From the NCBI GenBank assembly GCA_051251855.1, contig JBPOGI010000003.1:224001-288000 (forward strand): a DNA stretch of 64,000 bases, read 5' to 3'. This document shows positions 44,630 to 54,975 of this stretch, piece by piece. The DNA is from Roseibacillus sp. GTDB lineage: Bacteria; Verrucomicrobiota; Verrucomicrobiia; Verrucomicrobiales; Akkermansiaceae. The position numbers and the translations under genes were made by a program. The notes beneath the pieces are model-generated. The model had not been told where the DNA came from and made no database searches. It saw nothing but the letters and a program-made list of their open reading frames with translations. The first letter of the stretch is position 1; each line of letters opens with the position of its first letter.

Positions 44630-47600
44630 ATGCCAGATACTGAACAGTTAGAGGGTGGGAGTTACGAAGTGATTCGTGCTCGATTGGAGAAGCATGGTGA
44701 GGACTTGCGTCGTCGTTTGGGGCTTTTGAATGACGACCGAAAGGAGATTTTCGGCGCGGTGGAGACCGCCTTGGTCGCGACCGAGCGGGTGACGACGGAG
44801 CATAATTGTGTTCCCCGTGACCTCATTGCGGTGGGAGGGAATCGTTTTCTCTTTGGCTACAACATCCAGTTCGGACTCAAGCAGACCACGGACGTTTCTG
44901 ATGTCTTTGCCGCTTACGAATATGATCCCGAGGGGCACGTCTTTCATGCGCTACCGGTGGAGGAAGTTCTGAGTGACGCGAATTTCTCGGACGACTTCAA
45001 GTATCTCTACAAGTACTACAAAGAGACGGCTTTCGCGAAGTTCATGGTGATTGGGGCTCATCTTTATATGAAGATGCGTACTGGCAAGGGGGTCGATGAC
45101 TTCAAGGCCTTCAAGTGGCTGCGTCCTGGTGACGGGCATCTCGAGTATGTCGGCAATCGCTTTGATCATGAATTTCAGTATCCACCGCAGCAGGAGTTCG
45201 AGTGGAAGCGTGCTCATCGCGATATGCAGCGGGCGGGGGAGCATCCGCATATCTCGATCAACGATCGAGTTTTCGTGGAGACCGTGGGGGGAGACCTCAC
45301 CATCAAGATCGAGGATAACACGACAAGTGGAGAAGGAATCTACCAAGAACCGGTCAATGACCCCGATCAGTCGCTGGACGATGCCGAGGTGTTTTACGCC
45401 GAAGTGGGACCTTTGGTGCTCTTGAAAATTTTGCCTTATCGCGAGGAATTGCATCGCTACTTTGTTTTTAATGAAAAGACGCAAGCGGTGAAGAGAATCG
45501 ATGCTATTGGTCATTCCTGCGTTCTTTTGCCGGACGACCAAGGGTTGATTTTTTCGAATGGATATCTCCTTCTCACCGGTGATGTGCGTGTGTTTGATAC
45601 GGAGTTATCGAATATGATGTTCGAGCGTCGGATTCCGTCTGCTAATGGCGAGGATGTTCTCTACGTTTTTTACAACCGGGTAAGCGGCGATTACGTTTTA
45701 CTTTCGTACAACTTGATTAGCCAATCAGTGGAGACTCCGGTGATTTGCAATGGCTACTCGCTCTTTCCGAATGGAGAGCTGGTTTACTTTAAGACCGAAG
45801 ATGCTGCTCAAAAGCATCACACGTTGCAGGTCTGGACGACGCCTTATTTAAGTCAAGAAGCGCTCGCGGAGCAGAACCAAGATGAGAGTTCGTTTCTCTT
45901 CAAGATCGGCAACGCGGACCTTGTGCGCGGGATGTCGGAGTGTCGTGAAATTCTGACCTTGTTAGGGAAAGACGATAACTACGGGGGGCTCTATCTCGAC
46001 CTGGTGAAGAGGACGAGAGACCTCGCGGATTCTTACTTTTGGTTGGGTAAGAAGGAGACGGCGAATCTAGCCGAGCCCGTGCGTGAGATCAATCGCGCGG
46101 CGCAATCGGCCTTGGAGGAGTTCGATAAGGTCAAGGCTCAGCGTCAAGCGGCGACGGCCAAGACAAAGGAAGTGCAGGAGGCGGTGGCGGAGCTATTGGC
46201 AAGCGTTCGGCATTCGCCGCCTGACGATATCTTTGGGTTCGTGCGTCAATTGTCCGAGTTGCGGACGCGTCGCGGGGAAGTGATTGGTTTGCGCGAAGTG
46301 CGCTATGCCAAGGCTGAGACCATTGAGGAGCTGGAAGCGCAGTTGGTGGATTCCGCAGAGAAGGTTTCGCAAAAGACGGTGGAGTTTTTGCTCAAGGATG
46401 AGGCATTGGTTCCATATCGCCGTGCGGTGGAGGAGCAGGGAGAAGCGATTCCTGAGTTGGCGAAAGTTACCGAGGCTGATGCGGTCGCGGAGGCCCTCGA
46501 CAACGCCGGTAATGAGTTGGAGATGCTCATCGATATCGTGGGCAATCTTAAGATTGAGGATGCGACCCAGACCACGGCAATTATCGACGGGATTTCGGGG
46601 ATTTATGCGGAGCTGAATGGAGTTCGAGCTGACCTCAAGAACAAGCGCAACACGTTGGCGAAGGCTGAGGGGACGGCGCAGTTCGGGGCGCAGATGAAGC
46701 TCATCTCGCAGGCGGTGGTGAACTACCTGGAGGTTTGTGATACGCCAGAGAAGTGCGACGAATCTCTCACCAAGTTGATGGTTCAGTTGGAGGAGTTGGA
46801 GGGACGGTTCTCTGAGTTCGATGACTATGTGGAGGAGTTGGCTGGGAAACGGGAAGAGGTTTATGAAGCTTTTGAAGGACGTAAGCAACAGCTGGTGGAT
46901 GGTCGCAATAAGCGCGCTGGTTCGTTGTTGCGTTCGGCGGAGCGGATTTTGGGTGGTATCGAGCGACGCTTGGAGACTTTTGATTCCTTGGATGAAATCA
47001 ACGGCTACTTCGCGGGCGACCTGATGGTCGAAAAAGTGCGTGGAGTGGTTGATGACCTCAAGGCGCTGGGTGATGGTGTGAAGGCGGATGATCTGCGCAC
47101 CCGCTTGAAGACTTTGCGCGAGGATGCGGCGCGCCAGCTGAAGGATCGTAAAGAACTCTATGTCGATGGGCAGAATGTGATTCGTTTTGGCAAACATGCC
47201 TTTGGGGTGAATACACGAGACTTAGAACTCTCGGTGGTGCCGCGTGATGGAGAGATGTGGTATCATCTCTCGGGCACGGATTTTTACGAGCGTATCGAGA
47301 ATGAAGAATTCGCGACGACCAAGTCTGTGTGGGACATTGAGGTCGCGAGCGAGAGTCCGAAACTCTATCGCGCCGAGTGGTTGGCAAGTCTCTTGTTAGA
47401 AGAAGGTGTCGAAGGAGTGGCTGAGAGTGAATTTTTGCCGCAAGTACAGAGTTTCATGCAGGCTCGCTATGCTGAGGGGTACGTGAAGGGGGTTCATGAT
47501 GAGGACACCGCGAAGATTTTGGAGGCGTTGGCGCCGATTGCTCGCGATGCCGGGTTGCTGCGCTTTAGTCCGTTGGCTCGGGGTGCGGGAGTGGTGCTGT

Positions 47601-49678
47601 GGGCAGATCGTGATCAGGAAGGGCGCCAAGAGATTGCTCGCTTGATTGCGGGGCATGGTGAGCGTCTCAAGGCGTTCGGTGATACCAGCCGGGTTCGGCA
47701 TGAGATGGAGGTGGCGCTTTCGGAGGAACTGGCCGAGCAATTACAGCGCTCGCGTTTTGCAGGGCGGGTGAGTGCGCAGGCGGTAGCGGAGTATCTTTTT
47801 GCGCAGCTGCGTGAGGGGGAAGGTTTTGTGGTTTCGACCGAAGCGGCGGAGGCGATCAAGCATCTCAAGAGCGAGCTCACTGCCAAGCGTGCGAGTGAAG
47901 CCTTCGAGAAGGCGATGGCGGAATTGAGTCGTGCTGAGGCGCGGCATTCGCTCGCGTTGGACTGGTTGCGAGGAGTTTTGGAAGGTGAAGTGGCGGCGGG
48001 TGTGCTGGTGGAAGCGGCCGCTCATCTGGCACGCGGGGGATACGAGCAGCGCGAAGTCAAGCGAGTGGAGTTGGCAGTGGAGGTTGCAGGTATGCGCGGG
48101 TCTCACAATCGCGTTGAGGATGGGGTGCTGAAGATTCACTATAACGATTTCTTGGAGCGAGTGACGGTTTATCGCGATGAAGTATTGCCGCTTTATCGTC
48201 GTTTCCAGGAGCTTAAGAAGTCGCTGGTGGCGGATAAGCGGGAGGAAATGAAGCTAGAAGAACTCAAGCCGGAGGTGATGAGTGCTTTTGTTCGTAACCG
48301 ATTGTTAGATGAGGTCTTTCTTCCTGTGATTGGTGACAACTTGGCGAAGCAGATTGGCACCGCGGGGGCGGATTCGCGGACGGACCGGATGGGCTTGCTC
48401 TTGTTGATTTCGCCTCCGGGTTACGGAAAGACGACTTTGATGGAGTATGTCGCCAACCGTTTGGGGCTGACCTTCGTGAAGGTGAATGGTCCCGCTCTTG
48501 GTCACCATGTGGTCTCTCTGGACCCTAAGTTAGCGAGCGACATGGCTGCTGGTGAAGAACTGGAGAAGTTAAACCTTGCGCTAGAAATGGGCGACAATGT
48601 GATGCTGTATCTGGATGATATTCAGCATACGAATCCGGAGTTTTTGCAGAAATTTATTAGCCTCTGTGATGCTCAGCGGAAGATTGAAGGAGTTTACCAA
48701 GGCAAAGCGCGCACTTACGATCTGAAGGGTAAGAAAGTCGCGGTGGTGATGGCGGGTAACCCCTACACCGAGAGCGGCGGTAAGTTCCAGATTCCGGACA
48801 TGCTCGCGAACCGGGCCGATACTTACAACTTGGGTGATATTTTGGGGAGTCACGAGGCGGCCTTTAAGGACAGTTACATTGAGAACTGTCTCACTTCTAA
48901 CAGCACGCTTTCTAAGTTGGCCGCGAGTGGCCTTAAGGACGTTCGCGCGGTGATGAAGATGGCGGCGGGTGCGGAATTGGAGGAGGTCGATTTTGAAGCG
49001 AATTATACTCCAGGAGAGATTGAGGAGTTTGTGCGCGGGATGAAGCTGCTTTTCCAAGTGCGCGATACTATCCTAAGGGTGAACTTGCAATACATCGCGA
49101 GTGCGGCGCAGGAAGATGCCTATCGCACCGAGCCGCCGTTTAAGTTGCAGGGGTCATACCGGAACATGAATCGCATCGCCGAGAAGGTGGTGCCATTGAT
49201 GACGGATGCAGAGTTGCAAGAGTTGGTCGTCTCCCACTACGAGAACGAGGCTCAAAACTTAACAACAGGGGCGGAGTCGAATTTGTTAAAGTTCCGCGAG
49301 ATGGAGAATTTGTTAGATGAAGAGCAGGGCGATCGGTGGCTGCAGATTCAGACTGAATTTAGAAAGCAGAAGGTTTTGGGTGGGGCGGGCGAAAACGATC
49401 CTGTCGCTCGTGTTGTGGCCCAATTGCAAGAGTTCCGTGAGGGATTGACCTCGATTCAAGAAGGAATTTCGCAAGCTGGGAGCAACTACGCTAAGCCGCA
49501 GACCTTGAACGATGCCACTATCGAGCAATTGCGGGGAATCATCGCCGGTCTTCGTGAGGTGCCGGTGAAGGTCGATATCAACGTGGTGCCGGTTCAGGAT
49601 GAAGACGGGTCCATTGAGCAGATTGAAAAGCGGTCGTCGCCTATCGATATCGAGCCCCATGTGGAGCAGGGAGATTAG
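44630..49678 (+). CDS. Large AAA+ ATPase (so-called 'DNA repair ATPase', DUF3686-like)
   Basis: 1682 aa; N-terminal GGSYEVIR..L; coiled-coil middle; Walker A SPPGYGKT, Walker B LYLDDIQH. Confidence 0.88.
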   Translation: MPDTEQLEGGSYEVIRARLEKHGEDLRRRLGLLNDDRKEIFGAVETALVATERVTTEHNCVPRDLIAVGGNRFLFGYNIQFGLKQTTDVSDVFAAYEYDPEGHVFHALPVEEVLSDANFSDDFKYLYKYYKETAFAKFMVIGAHLYMKMRTGKGVDDFKAFKWLRPGDGHLEYVGNRFDHEFQYPPQQEFEWKRAHRDMQRAGEHPHISINDRVFVETVGGDLTIKIEDNTTSGEGIYQEPVNDPDQSLDDAEVFYAEVGPLVLLKILPYREELHRYFVFNEKTQAVKRIDAIGHSCVLLPDDQGLIFSNGYLLLTGDVRVFDTELSNMMFERRIPSANGEDVLYVFYNRVSGDYVLLSYNLISQSVETPVICNGYSLFPNGELVYFKTEDAAQKHHTLQVWTTPYLSQEALAEQNQDESSFLFKIGNADLVRGMSECREILTLLGKDDNYGGLYLDLVKRTRDLADSYFWLGKKETANLAEPVREINRAAQSALEEFDKVKAQRQAATAKTKEVQEAVAELLASVRHSPPDDIFGFVRQLSELRTRRGEVIGLREVRYAKAETIEELEAQLVDSAEKVSQKTVEFLLKDEALVPYRRAVEEQGEAIPELAKVTEADAVAEALDNAGNELEMLIDIVGNLKIEDATQTTAIIDGISGIYAELNGVRADLKNKRNTLAKAEGTAQFGAQMKLISQAVVNYLEVCDTPEKCDESLTKLMVQLEELEGRFSEFDDYVEELAGKREEVYEAFEGRKQQLVDGRNKRAGSLLRSAERILGGIERRLETFDSLDEINGYFAGDLMVEKVRGVVDDLKALGDGVKADDLRTRLKTLREDAARQLKDRKELYVDGQNVIRFGKHAFGVNTRDLELSVVPRDGEMWYHLSGTDFYERIENEEFATTKSVWDIEVASESPKLYRAEWLASLLLEEGVEGVAESEFLPQVQSFMQARYAEGYVKGVHDEDTAKILEALAPIARDAGLLRFSPLARGAGVVLWADRDQEGRQEIARLIAGHGERLKAFGDTSRVRHEMEVALSEELAEQLQRSRFAGRVSAQAVAEYLFAQLREGEGFVVSTEAAEAIKHLKSELTAKRASEAFEKAMAELSRAEARHSLALDWLRGVLEGEVAAGVLVEAAAHLARGGYEQREVKRVELAVEVAGMRGSHNRVEDGVLKIHYNDFLERVTVYRDEVLPLYRRFQELKKSLVADKREEMKLEELKPEVMSAFVRNRLLDEVFLPVIGDNLAKQIGTAGADSRTDRMGLLLLISPPGYGKTTLMEYVANRLGLTFVKVNGPALGHHVVSLDPKLASDMAAGEELEKLNLALEMGDNVMLYLDDIQHTNPEFLQKFISLCDAQRKIEGVYQGKARTYDLKGKKVAVVMAGNPYTESGGKFQIPDMLANRADTYNLGDILGSHEAAFKDSYIENCLTSNSTLSKLAASGLKDVRAVMKMAAGAELEEVDFEANYTPGEIEEFVRGMKLLFQVRDTILRVNLQYIASAAQEDAYRTEPPFKLQGSYRNMNRIAEKVVPLMTDAELQELVVSHYENEAQNLTTGAESNLLKFREMENLLDEEQGDRWLQIQTEFRKQKVLGGAGENDPVARVVAQLQEFREGLTSIQEGISQAGSNYAKPQTLNDATIEQLRGIIAGLREVPVKVDINVVPVQDEDGSIEQIEKRSSPIDIEPHVEQGD

Positions 49679-49759
49679 AGGATTGCGCGCGGGTTGCGCT
49701 CCCAACGTTTGATGTTGTATTGAGATAGGAGATGTTAGGGCCTCCCGGGACGGACGGGT

Positions 49760-49790
49760 CAACCTTCGCAGGCCAGAGGCCTACGCCATG
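49760..49790. repeat. Degenerate single REP copy of the RAYT-flanking family
   Basis: CAACCTTCGCAGGCCAGAGGCCTACGCCATG matches 24/31 nt of the RAYT flank end; hairpin preserved. Confidence 0.6.
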
Positions 49791-49795
49791 TGTTG

Positions 49796-51220
49796 CTATT
49801 GACTGGATTCTTCAGCTTCTCTGGCCTGTTCGACGATGCGCTGGATATCTTCGTCGGAGAGAACGTTGAGTGCGTCGGCGTTGTTGGAGCCATCTTCGGC
49901 TGCAGGCTTTTCCTCAGGTGTTGGATCCGTTGCTGGTGCCGCGGTGGGAGGGATGGCGATAGGTGGGCTGACGGCAGTGGTTGGCTTGGCTTGGGTGCCT
50001 CGTTCTTGAGGACTGAGCGGGGGCTGGGGAGCGAGAGGGCCGAAGGAAGGTTGAGGGATGGGAGCCGCTACGGCTTCTTCTTTGGCTTCGGTTAAGGTGT
50101 CGAGTCCGACGTTGATTGATGAGAGAACGTAGTCGGCGACGCGGTAAGAGCGGCCCTCGAAGGCTTGCTCTTTGGCGAGCTTGTCTTTGAGTGCCTCCTG
50201 GATGGCAGCGAAGTCGGCATCAGCTTTCTTGGCCTCTTCTTCGGTTTCGCCTTCCTTCATTTCACGCTCGGCGGGGAGATTCGCGGTGACGGCCACCTTG
50301 AGAATGTAGGCTGAGGCTGCGGATTCGCTTTCGGCGTCCGCCGGTTTGGTGGGCGCGTAATCGAGAGTGTAGGTGAAGCCGTCGAAGGTTTTGAGAATAA
50401 GGGTTCGGGCCTCGGATTCGTTGCGTTGTTCTTTAGCTTCTTCTTCGCTTAAGACGTCTTCGAAGCGAGGGCTCGAGAGTATATTCTTAAGAGGGGTGAG
50501 TTTGTCTGCGAGGGGTTTGCGTCCGGCTGCAAGGTTCTCGATGGTGAAGTCGGAGCCCGCATTCAGACGGTTCATGGTCCAGCCTTGGACGCTGGTATCT
50601 TTCTTGGGGTCAAGGGCGATGGACTTGATGCCGTTGACAGCAAAGAAGGTGCCGTTAAGCCACTCAGAGGGATCGGCGCTGAGGTCGAAGAGAGAGTCGT
50701 TGACGGCGTAGACTGCTTCGGGCTCGCTGCCGAGTCGGATATATTTTCCAGAAGCTTGAGAGCCCTCGCCGGAAGTGGTCTTGCCGATGGAGAGACTCTG
50801 CACTTCTTCGCCCTCTGCATTGAGGAAGGTGACTTGAGTGCCATGGTTATCTTGGCTTTCGGCATCGGGGTTCATGCCGAAGCGCTCGTTGAAGGCGGGC
50901 CCCGCTTTCCTACTTTGGGCGATGGAGACTTCGGTGAGGGAGCGCAGAAGTCGAGTCAGTCTCGCGAAGTCGGCTTCGTAGCCCGCGCGGTCGGCGACGG
51001 ACCATTGGGTTTCCTCCTTCTTAAGAGTGACGGTATTTTCGGCATCTTCGATTTTGATGGAGGCAATACTCTTGAGAGGAAGGTCTTCAAGGAGGACGTC
51101 TCCTTGCGAAAGAGCGGTGGGGGCATCGTTGCCTTTCTTTTGGCCAGATTTGACGATGAGGGTGAGGGCGGCGAGGAGGCCGGCGATGCACCAGAGGATA
51201 GTGACAAGTCGTTTGCTCAT
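49796..51220 (-). CDS. DUF4340 protein
   Basis: N-terminal TM; W.V..GYEAD, L.IGK, YIRL..E..VYAV, W; last gene of a Gld-like ABC cluster. Confidence 0.8.
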   Translation of the reverse strand: MSKRLVTILWCIAGLLAALTLIVKSGQKKGNDAPTALSQGDVLLEDLPLKSIASIKIEDAENTVTLKKEETQWSVADRAGYEADFARLTRLLRSLTEVSIAQSRKAGPAFNERFGMNPDAESQDNHGTQVTFLNAEGEEVQSLSIGKTTSGEGSQASGKYIRLGSEPEAVYAVNDSLFDLSADPSEWLNGTFFAVNGIKSIALDPKKDTSVQGWTMNRLNAGSDFTIENLAAGRKPLADKLTPLKNILSSPRFEDVLSEEEAKEQRNESEARTLILKTFDGFTYTLDYAPTKPADAESESAASAYILKVAVTANLPAEREMKEGETEEEAKKADADFAAIQEALKDKLAKEQAFEGRSYRVADYVLSSINVGLDTLTEAKEEAVAAPIPQPSFGPLAPQPPLSPQERGTQAKPTTAVSPPIAIPPTAAPATDPTPEEKPAAEDGSNNADALNVLSDEDIQRIVEQAREAEESSQ

Positions 51221-51265
51221 GGGTATCTTAGAATTAAAAGTTTCAGATGAAAAAATTGGATTGGA

Positions 51266-53248
51266 TTATCGGGCTGAGGTGGCGAAGCGACGCTTCAAGA
51301 AAACAGCGAGTCCAATCAGAATGACGATGGAAGGAACGATGAGGAGGTTGGCTAAGGTGTAGCGGGTAGCGAGGGCGTCTTTATCGCGGCGGAGGTCTTT
51401 CTCCAATTCGCGTAGTCTTTTACGTGCTTCCACTTGTTTGGTAACCGCTTTTTCGTATTCGGTTTTAAGTTCGCCTTCGAGGGCTACTTGACCATTACCT
51501 TGCTGTTCTTGGATGAGCTCTGTGAGGCGTTCGCTCACTTTATCGAGTTCGGTTTGCTCCTTCTCGCGCTTTTCGCCGAACTTTTGCTCGAAATCGGACT
51601 CCATTTCTTGGACGACGGTGAAAGGGCGACGGCTGTCTCCACGAGAGCGAGAGCCGATGAGGTGTTTGGAGCCGGTAACCTGATCAAGGATATTGAAGAG
51701 GAAGGCTGCGTTATCACCTTGGGGAGCAAACATGCCGCCAAAGACTTGTTGGTAGGCAAAGCCGTCGGCGAGAAAGTCGCTGTCTGCGATGAGGAAGACG
51801 TTGCCGGGCTTCGTTGATTCGGCGAGACCGGTGTCCTTTTCTTCTTTGGTTTCATTCTCGGCAGCTTCTGCTTCGGCCGCGACACTGCCTTCTTCGGTGC
51901 CATCTTCGCTTTTGTCGGCTGGGTTGCCGTCGGGGAAGGCGGACTTGAAATTACCTTGGACATGAAGTGCGAGGTCGTAGGCCTTGTCGTCCATTTTAAT
52001 GGTTCCAAGGAGCCGGGGGTCGAGTTGGGCTGCTCGGTTGCCGTCGACGAAGCCTGATTGAGTTGAGGAACGTAGCAGGCTGGTGTGGGAGAGTCCGTCT
52101 TGGCCTGTTGCGGTGAAGGCTCCAGCAAGGACGAACAAGAGGTTGCCGAGGTCGCCAGTGATAATGCTGTCCTCTACGGGCATGGCATCTTTGGTGAGCG
52201 AAAGGGCGGAGGTGGAGTCTCCACTCTGGAAACGGGTGCGGTAGTTGCCGTCAGCGAGGACTTGGCTGGACTCGAAGGTGACGCCCCAGGAGTCGAGGAG
52301 CTCTTTCGAGAAGGTCGAAGTGGTTGGCATGCCGGGTTGTCCCATCATGGGGTTGCCTCCGCCGACTTGTTGAGCGGTGATGGAGAAGGCGTCGAGAGCC
52401 GCAACAACGGTTCCTCCTCCGAGGAGGTATTGGTCGAGGAGGTACTCGGTCGCGGGGGTGATGCCCGCAGGATGAACGACAAGAACAGCGGCGAGACCGT
52501 CGAGGTCGGCGGCGGTGGGCTCCATGCTGATGTCCTTGAGATCATACATTTGCTGAAGCTGTTGGTGAATGACGAAGGGTCGGCTGGGGGGCTGGCCCAT
52601 CCCTTGCATAGCGGCGGGGGCGGTGCCAGCGATGGGGTAGGCGGACATGAGGCCCAGGGTGGGTTTGTCGGTGCGGGCAACGCGCGCGATGGCGGAAGAG
52701 AGTTGATATTCGAGCTGGGTCTCGGCTTGAGGAGCGAGGTAGGGGATAGACGCTTTTTCGTCGAGGAAGGAGACGCTGATGCCCAAGTAGATGTTTTCCC
52801 CGTTGATAGATTGTCCGGCGATGCCGTCGAGGTTGGCGGAATCTTCGGCGTCGGTGTCCGGCTTGGGGTCTAAGTTGACAAGGCGCAGGTTTTCTCCAGC
52901 AAGGGCCTGATAGCGCTTGAGGAAGCCGTCGACCTTCTTCATGTAGAGCTCGAGGTTGCGAGGCATGAACTCGGCATCTCGAGTGGCGTAGTAGCTGATG
53001 ATGACCTCGGCTTCGCTGTCTTTGAGCTCGGCGAGGATGGACTTAGTGCCCTCGGTGAGGGTGTGAACTTTGTCCTCGGTGAGGTCGAGGGTACGGTTGC
53101 CAGCGGCGGAAAGAGAGACCAGCCAGTTGGCAAAAAAGGCGATGAGGACCAAGGCGATAATACCGAGAGTGGTATTGAGCACTGGGTTGTTGGCTTTGGC
53201 CTTTACTGGGGCTTGGGCCTGAGTGTTTGCTTCTTCTTTGTTGCTCAT
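51266..53248 (-). CDS. GldG-family ABC auxiliary component
   Basis: DLTEDKVHTL..GTKSIL, LEYQLSSAI, LDQYLLGGG, IADSDF; TM at both ends. Confidence 0.87.
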   Translation of the reverse strand: MSNKEEANTQAQAPVKAKANNPVLNTTLGIIALVLIAFFANWLVSLSAAGNRTLDLTEDKVHTLTEGTKSILAELKDSEAEVIISYYATRDAEFMPRNLELYMKKVDGFLKRYQALAGENLRLVNLDPKPDTDAEDSANLDGIAGQSINGENIYLGISVSFLDEKASIPYLAPQAETQLEYQLSSAIARVARTDKPTLGLMSAYPIAGTAPAAMQGMGQPPSRPFVIHQQLQQMYDLKDISMEPTAADLDGLAAVLVVHPAGITPATEYLLDQYLLGGGTVVAALDAFSITAQQVGGGNPMMGQPGMPTTSTFSKELLDSWGVTFESSQVLADGNYRTRFQSGDSTSALSLTKDAMPVEDSIITGDLGNLLFVLAGAFTATGQDGLSHTSLLRSSTQSGFVDGNRAAQLDPRLLGTIKMDDKAYDLALHVQGNFKSAFPDGNPADKSEDGTEEGSVAAEAEAAENETKEEKDTGLAESTKPGNVFLIADSDFLADGFAYQQVFGGMFAPQGDNAAFLFNILDQVTGSKHLIGSRSRGDSRRPFTVVQEMESDFEQKFGEKREKEQTELDKVSERLTELIQEQQGNGQVALEGELKTEYEKAVTKQVEARKRLRELEKDLRRDKDALATRYTLANLLIVPSIVILIGLAVFLKRRFATSAR

Positions 53249-53291
53249 GGTATCTGAGAGTGAGAATCCGTTAGAATTGAAAAAATAGGGT

Positions 53292-54026
53292 TTAGCTGCG
53301 ACGGGCGGTGAGGATGGCAGAGGTGCCAAGAAGGGAGGCTACGATAGTGGTGGCAAACCAGACAAAGTCTTGCAGACGAAAGGCTCCGCGCATGAGGGAG
53401 TTAAAGTGGTCCCAAACACCAAAGGCGACGAAGGGCTCAACTCCGCCGTTGGGCAGGGCCTTGGTGAGTTCGATGATGACGGCGTCGAATCCGATCATCA
53501 CCATGAAGACACAGAGGGCGACGGAGACGATGAGGCAGACCACTTGATCGCGGGTGAAAGCGGAGACCAGCATCGTGATGGCGAGGAAGGTGCAGCAGAC
53601 GAGAAAGGAACCAAGGTAGCCAGAAAAAATGGTGAGGTTGTCTGGGTCGCCAAGCATGTTGACCGAAATCCAGAGGGGGAAGGTCAAGGCAATGGCGATG
53701 AGGCAGACGGTGGCGGCAGCGAGGTACTTGCCGACGATGGCAGCCCACGTCGAGGTTGGGAGAGTGCCTAACAGTTCGATAGTGCCGGTGCGTTGTTCGT
53801 CGGACCAGAGGCCCATTCCGATAGCGGGGGCGAGGAGCATGAAGAGCCAGGGGTTCCAGTAGAAGTGGGAGTAGGCCAAGTTGGCATCACCGACACGGAA
53901 GAAGCTACCGAAGGTGAAAGTCATCCCCATGGAGAGGAGAAGATAAATCACGATGATGGCGTAGGCCGTGGGCTGGGTGAAGAATGCGGTGAGTTCGCGC
54001 TGATAGATGGTGAGAGCAGATTTCAT
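53292..54026 (-). CDS. ABC-2 permease (GldF-like)
   Basis: RELTAFF.QP.AY, MGLWSDEQRTGTIELL.T.P, GKYLA. Confidence 0.88.
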   Translation of the reverse strand: MKSALTIYQRELTAFFTQPTAYAIIVIYLLLSMGMTFTFGSFFRVGDANLAYSHFYWNPWLFMLLAPAIGMGLWSDEQRTGTIELLGTLPTSTWAAIVGKYLAAATVCLIAIALTFPLWISVNMLGDPDNLTIFSGYLGSFLVCCTFLAITMLVSAFTRDQVVCLIVSVALCVFMVMIGFDAVIIELTKALPNGGVEPFVAFGVWDHFNSLMRGAFRLQDFVWFATTIVASLLGTSAILTARRS

Positions 54027-54060
54027 GGATGATGAAAAGTGAGAGTTGGGTGAGACAAAG

Positions 54061-54792
54061 TTAGGCGGCCGCGACTTTGTCGTCGGTGGTGGTGACCTTG
54101 TGGAAGAGTTGATAGAGATCGCCGTTGCCTTGCGACTTCAGTTCGGCAGGAGTACCGTCGGCGACAATTTTTCCTTGGTCGACGATGACGGCGCGGGTGC
54201 AGGCGGCTTCAACTTCTTCGAGAATATGAGTAGAGAAGAGGACTGCCTTTTCCTCGCCGAGCTTTTTGATGAGCTTGCGGACCTCGTGCTTTTGGTTGGG
54301 GTCGAGACCATCGGTGGGCTCGTCGAGGATGAGGACTTCGGGGTCGTGAATGAGGGCCTGCGCGAGACAGGTGCGATGGCGGTAACCTTTGGAAAGGGTG
54401 TCGATGGCTTGCCTGGCGACGCCTTGGAGGAAGCAGGTTTCGATGACTTTCTCAACGGCGTCCTTTTGGGCGCTGCCGGAGAGGCCGCGCATTTTGGCAA
54501 TCCACTTCAGGAAGCTGGTGACCGTCATGTCGTTGTAGAGAGGTGCAGATTCGGGGAGGTAGCCGATCTTGCGCTTGGCGTCTTCGGGGTTGCTAATCAT
54601 GGAGACTCCGCAAATTTCGATGCTGCCAGCGGAGGCGGGGAAAAAGCCGGTGACCATGCGCATTGTGGTGGATTTTCCGGCACCGTTCGGTCCGAGGAAT
54701 CCAAGGACTTCTCCCTTGTTAACGGTAAAGGATAAATCATCGACCGCGACTTTGGGGCCGAAGCGTTTGGTAAGATTTTTGACGTCAATCAT
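54061..54792 (-). CDS. ABC ATP-binding protein (GldA-like)
   Basis: GPNGAGKST, LSKGY, ILDEPT. Confidence 0.92.
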   Translation of the reverse strand: MIDVKNLTKRFGPKVAVDDLSFTVNKGEVLGFLGPNGAGKSTTMRMVTGFFPASAGSIEICGVSMISNPEDAKRKIGYLPESAPLYNDMTVTSFLKWIAKMRGLSGSAQKDAVEKVIETCFLQGVARQAIDTLSKGYRHRTCLAQALIHDPEVLILDEPTDGLDPNQKHEVRKLIKKLGEEKAVLFSTHILEEVEAACTRAVIVDQGKIVADGTPAELKSQGNGDLYQLFHKVTTTDDKVAAA

Positions 54793-54975
54793 AGGTTAAC
54801 AGTTTGCCATTCAATGGGTGGAATGAAACCACATTGAAACGCGGCAAGTTTATGGATTTTTGCTGATTTTCAAGCGAAAAATTAGAAATTATTTTCACGA
54901 CTTTGAAGTCGGGTTTGTCTGGGGAATTGAGCGAAAGCTATTGCGGCCAGGGAACTCCTCTTCCATCTTAGCGCG

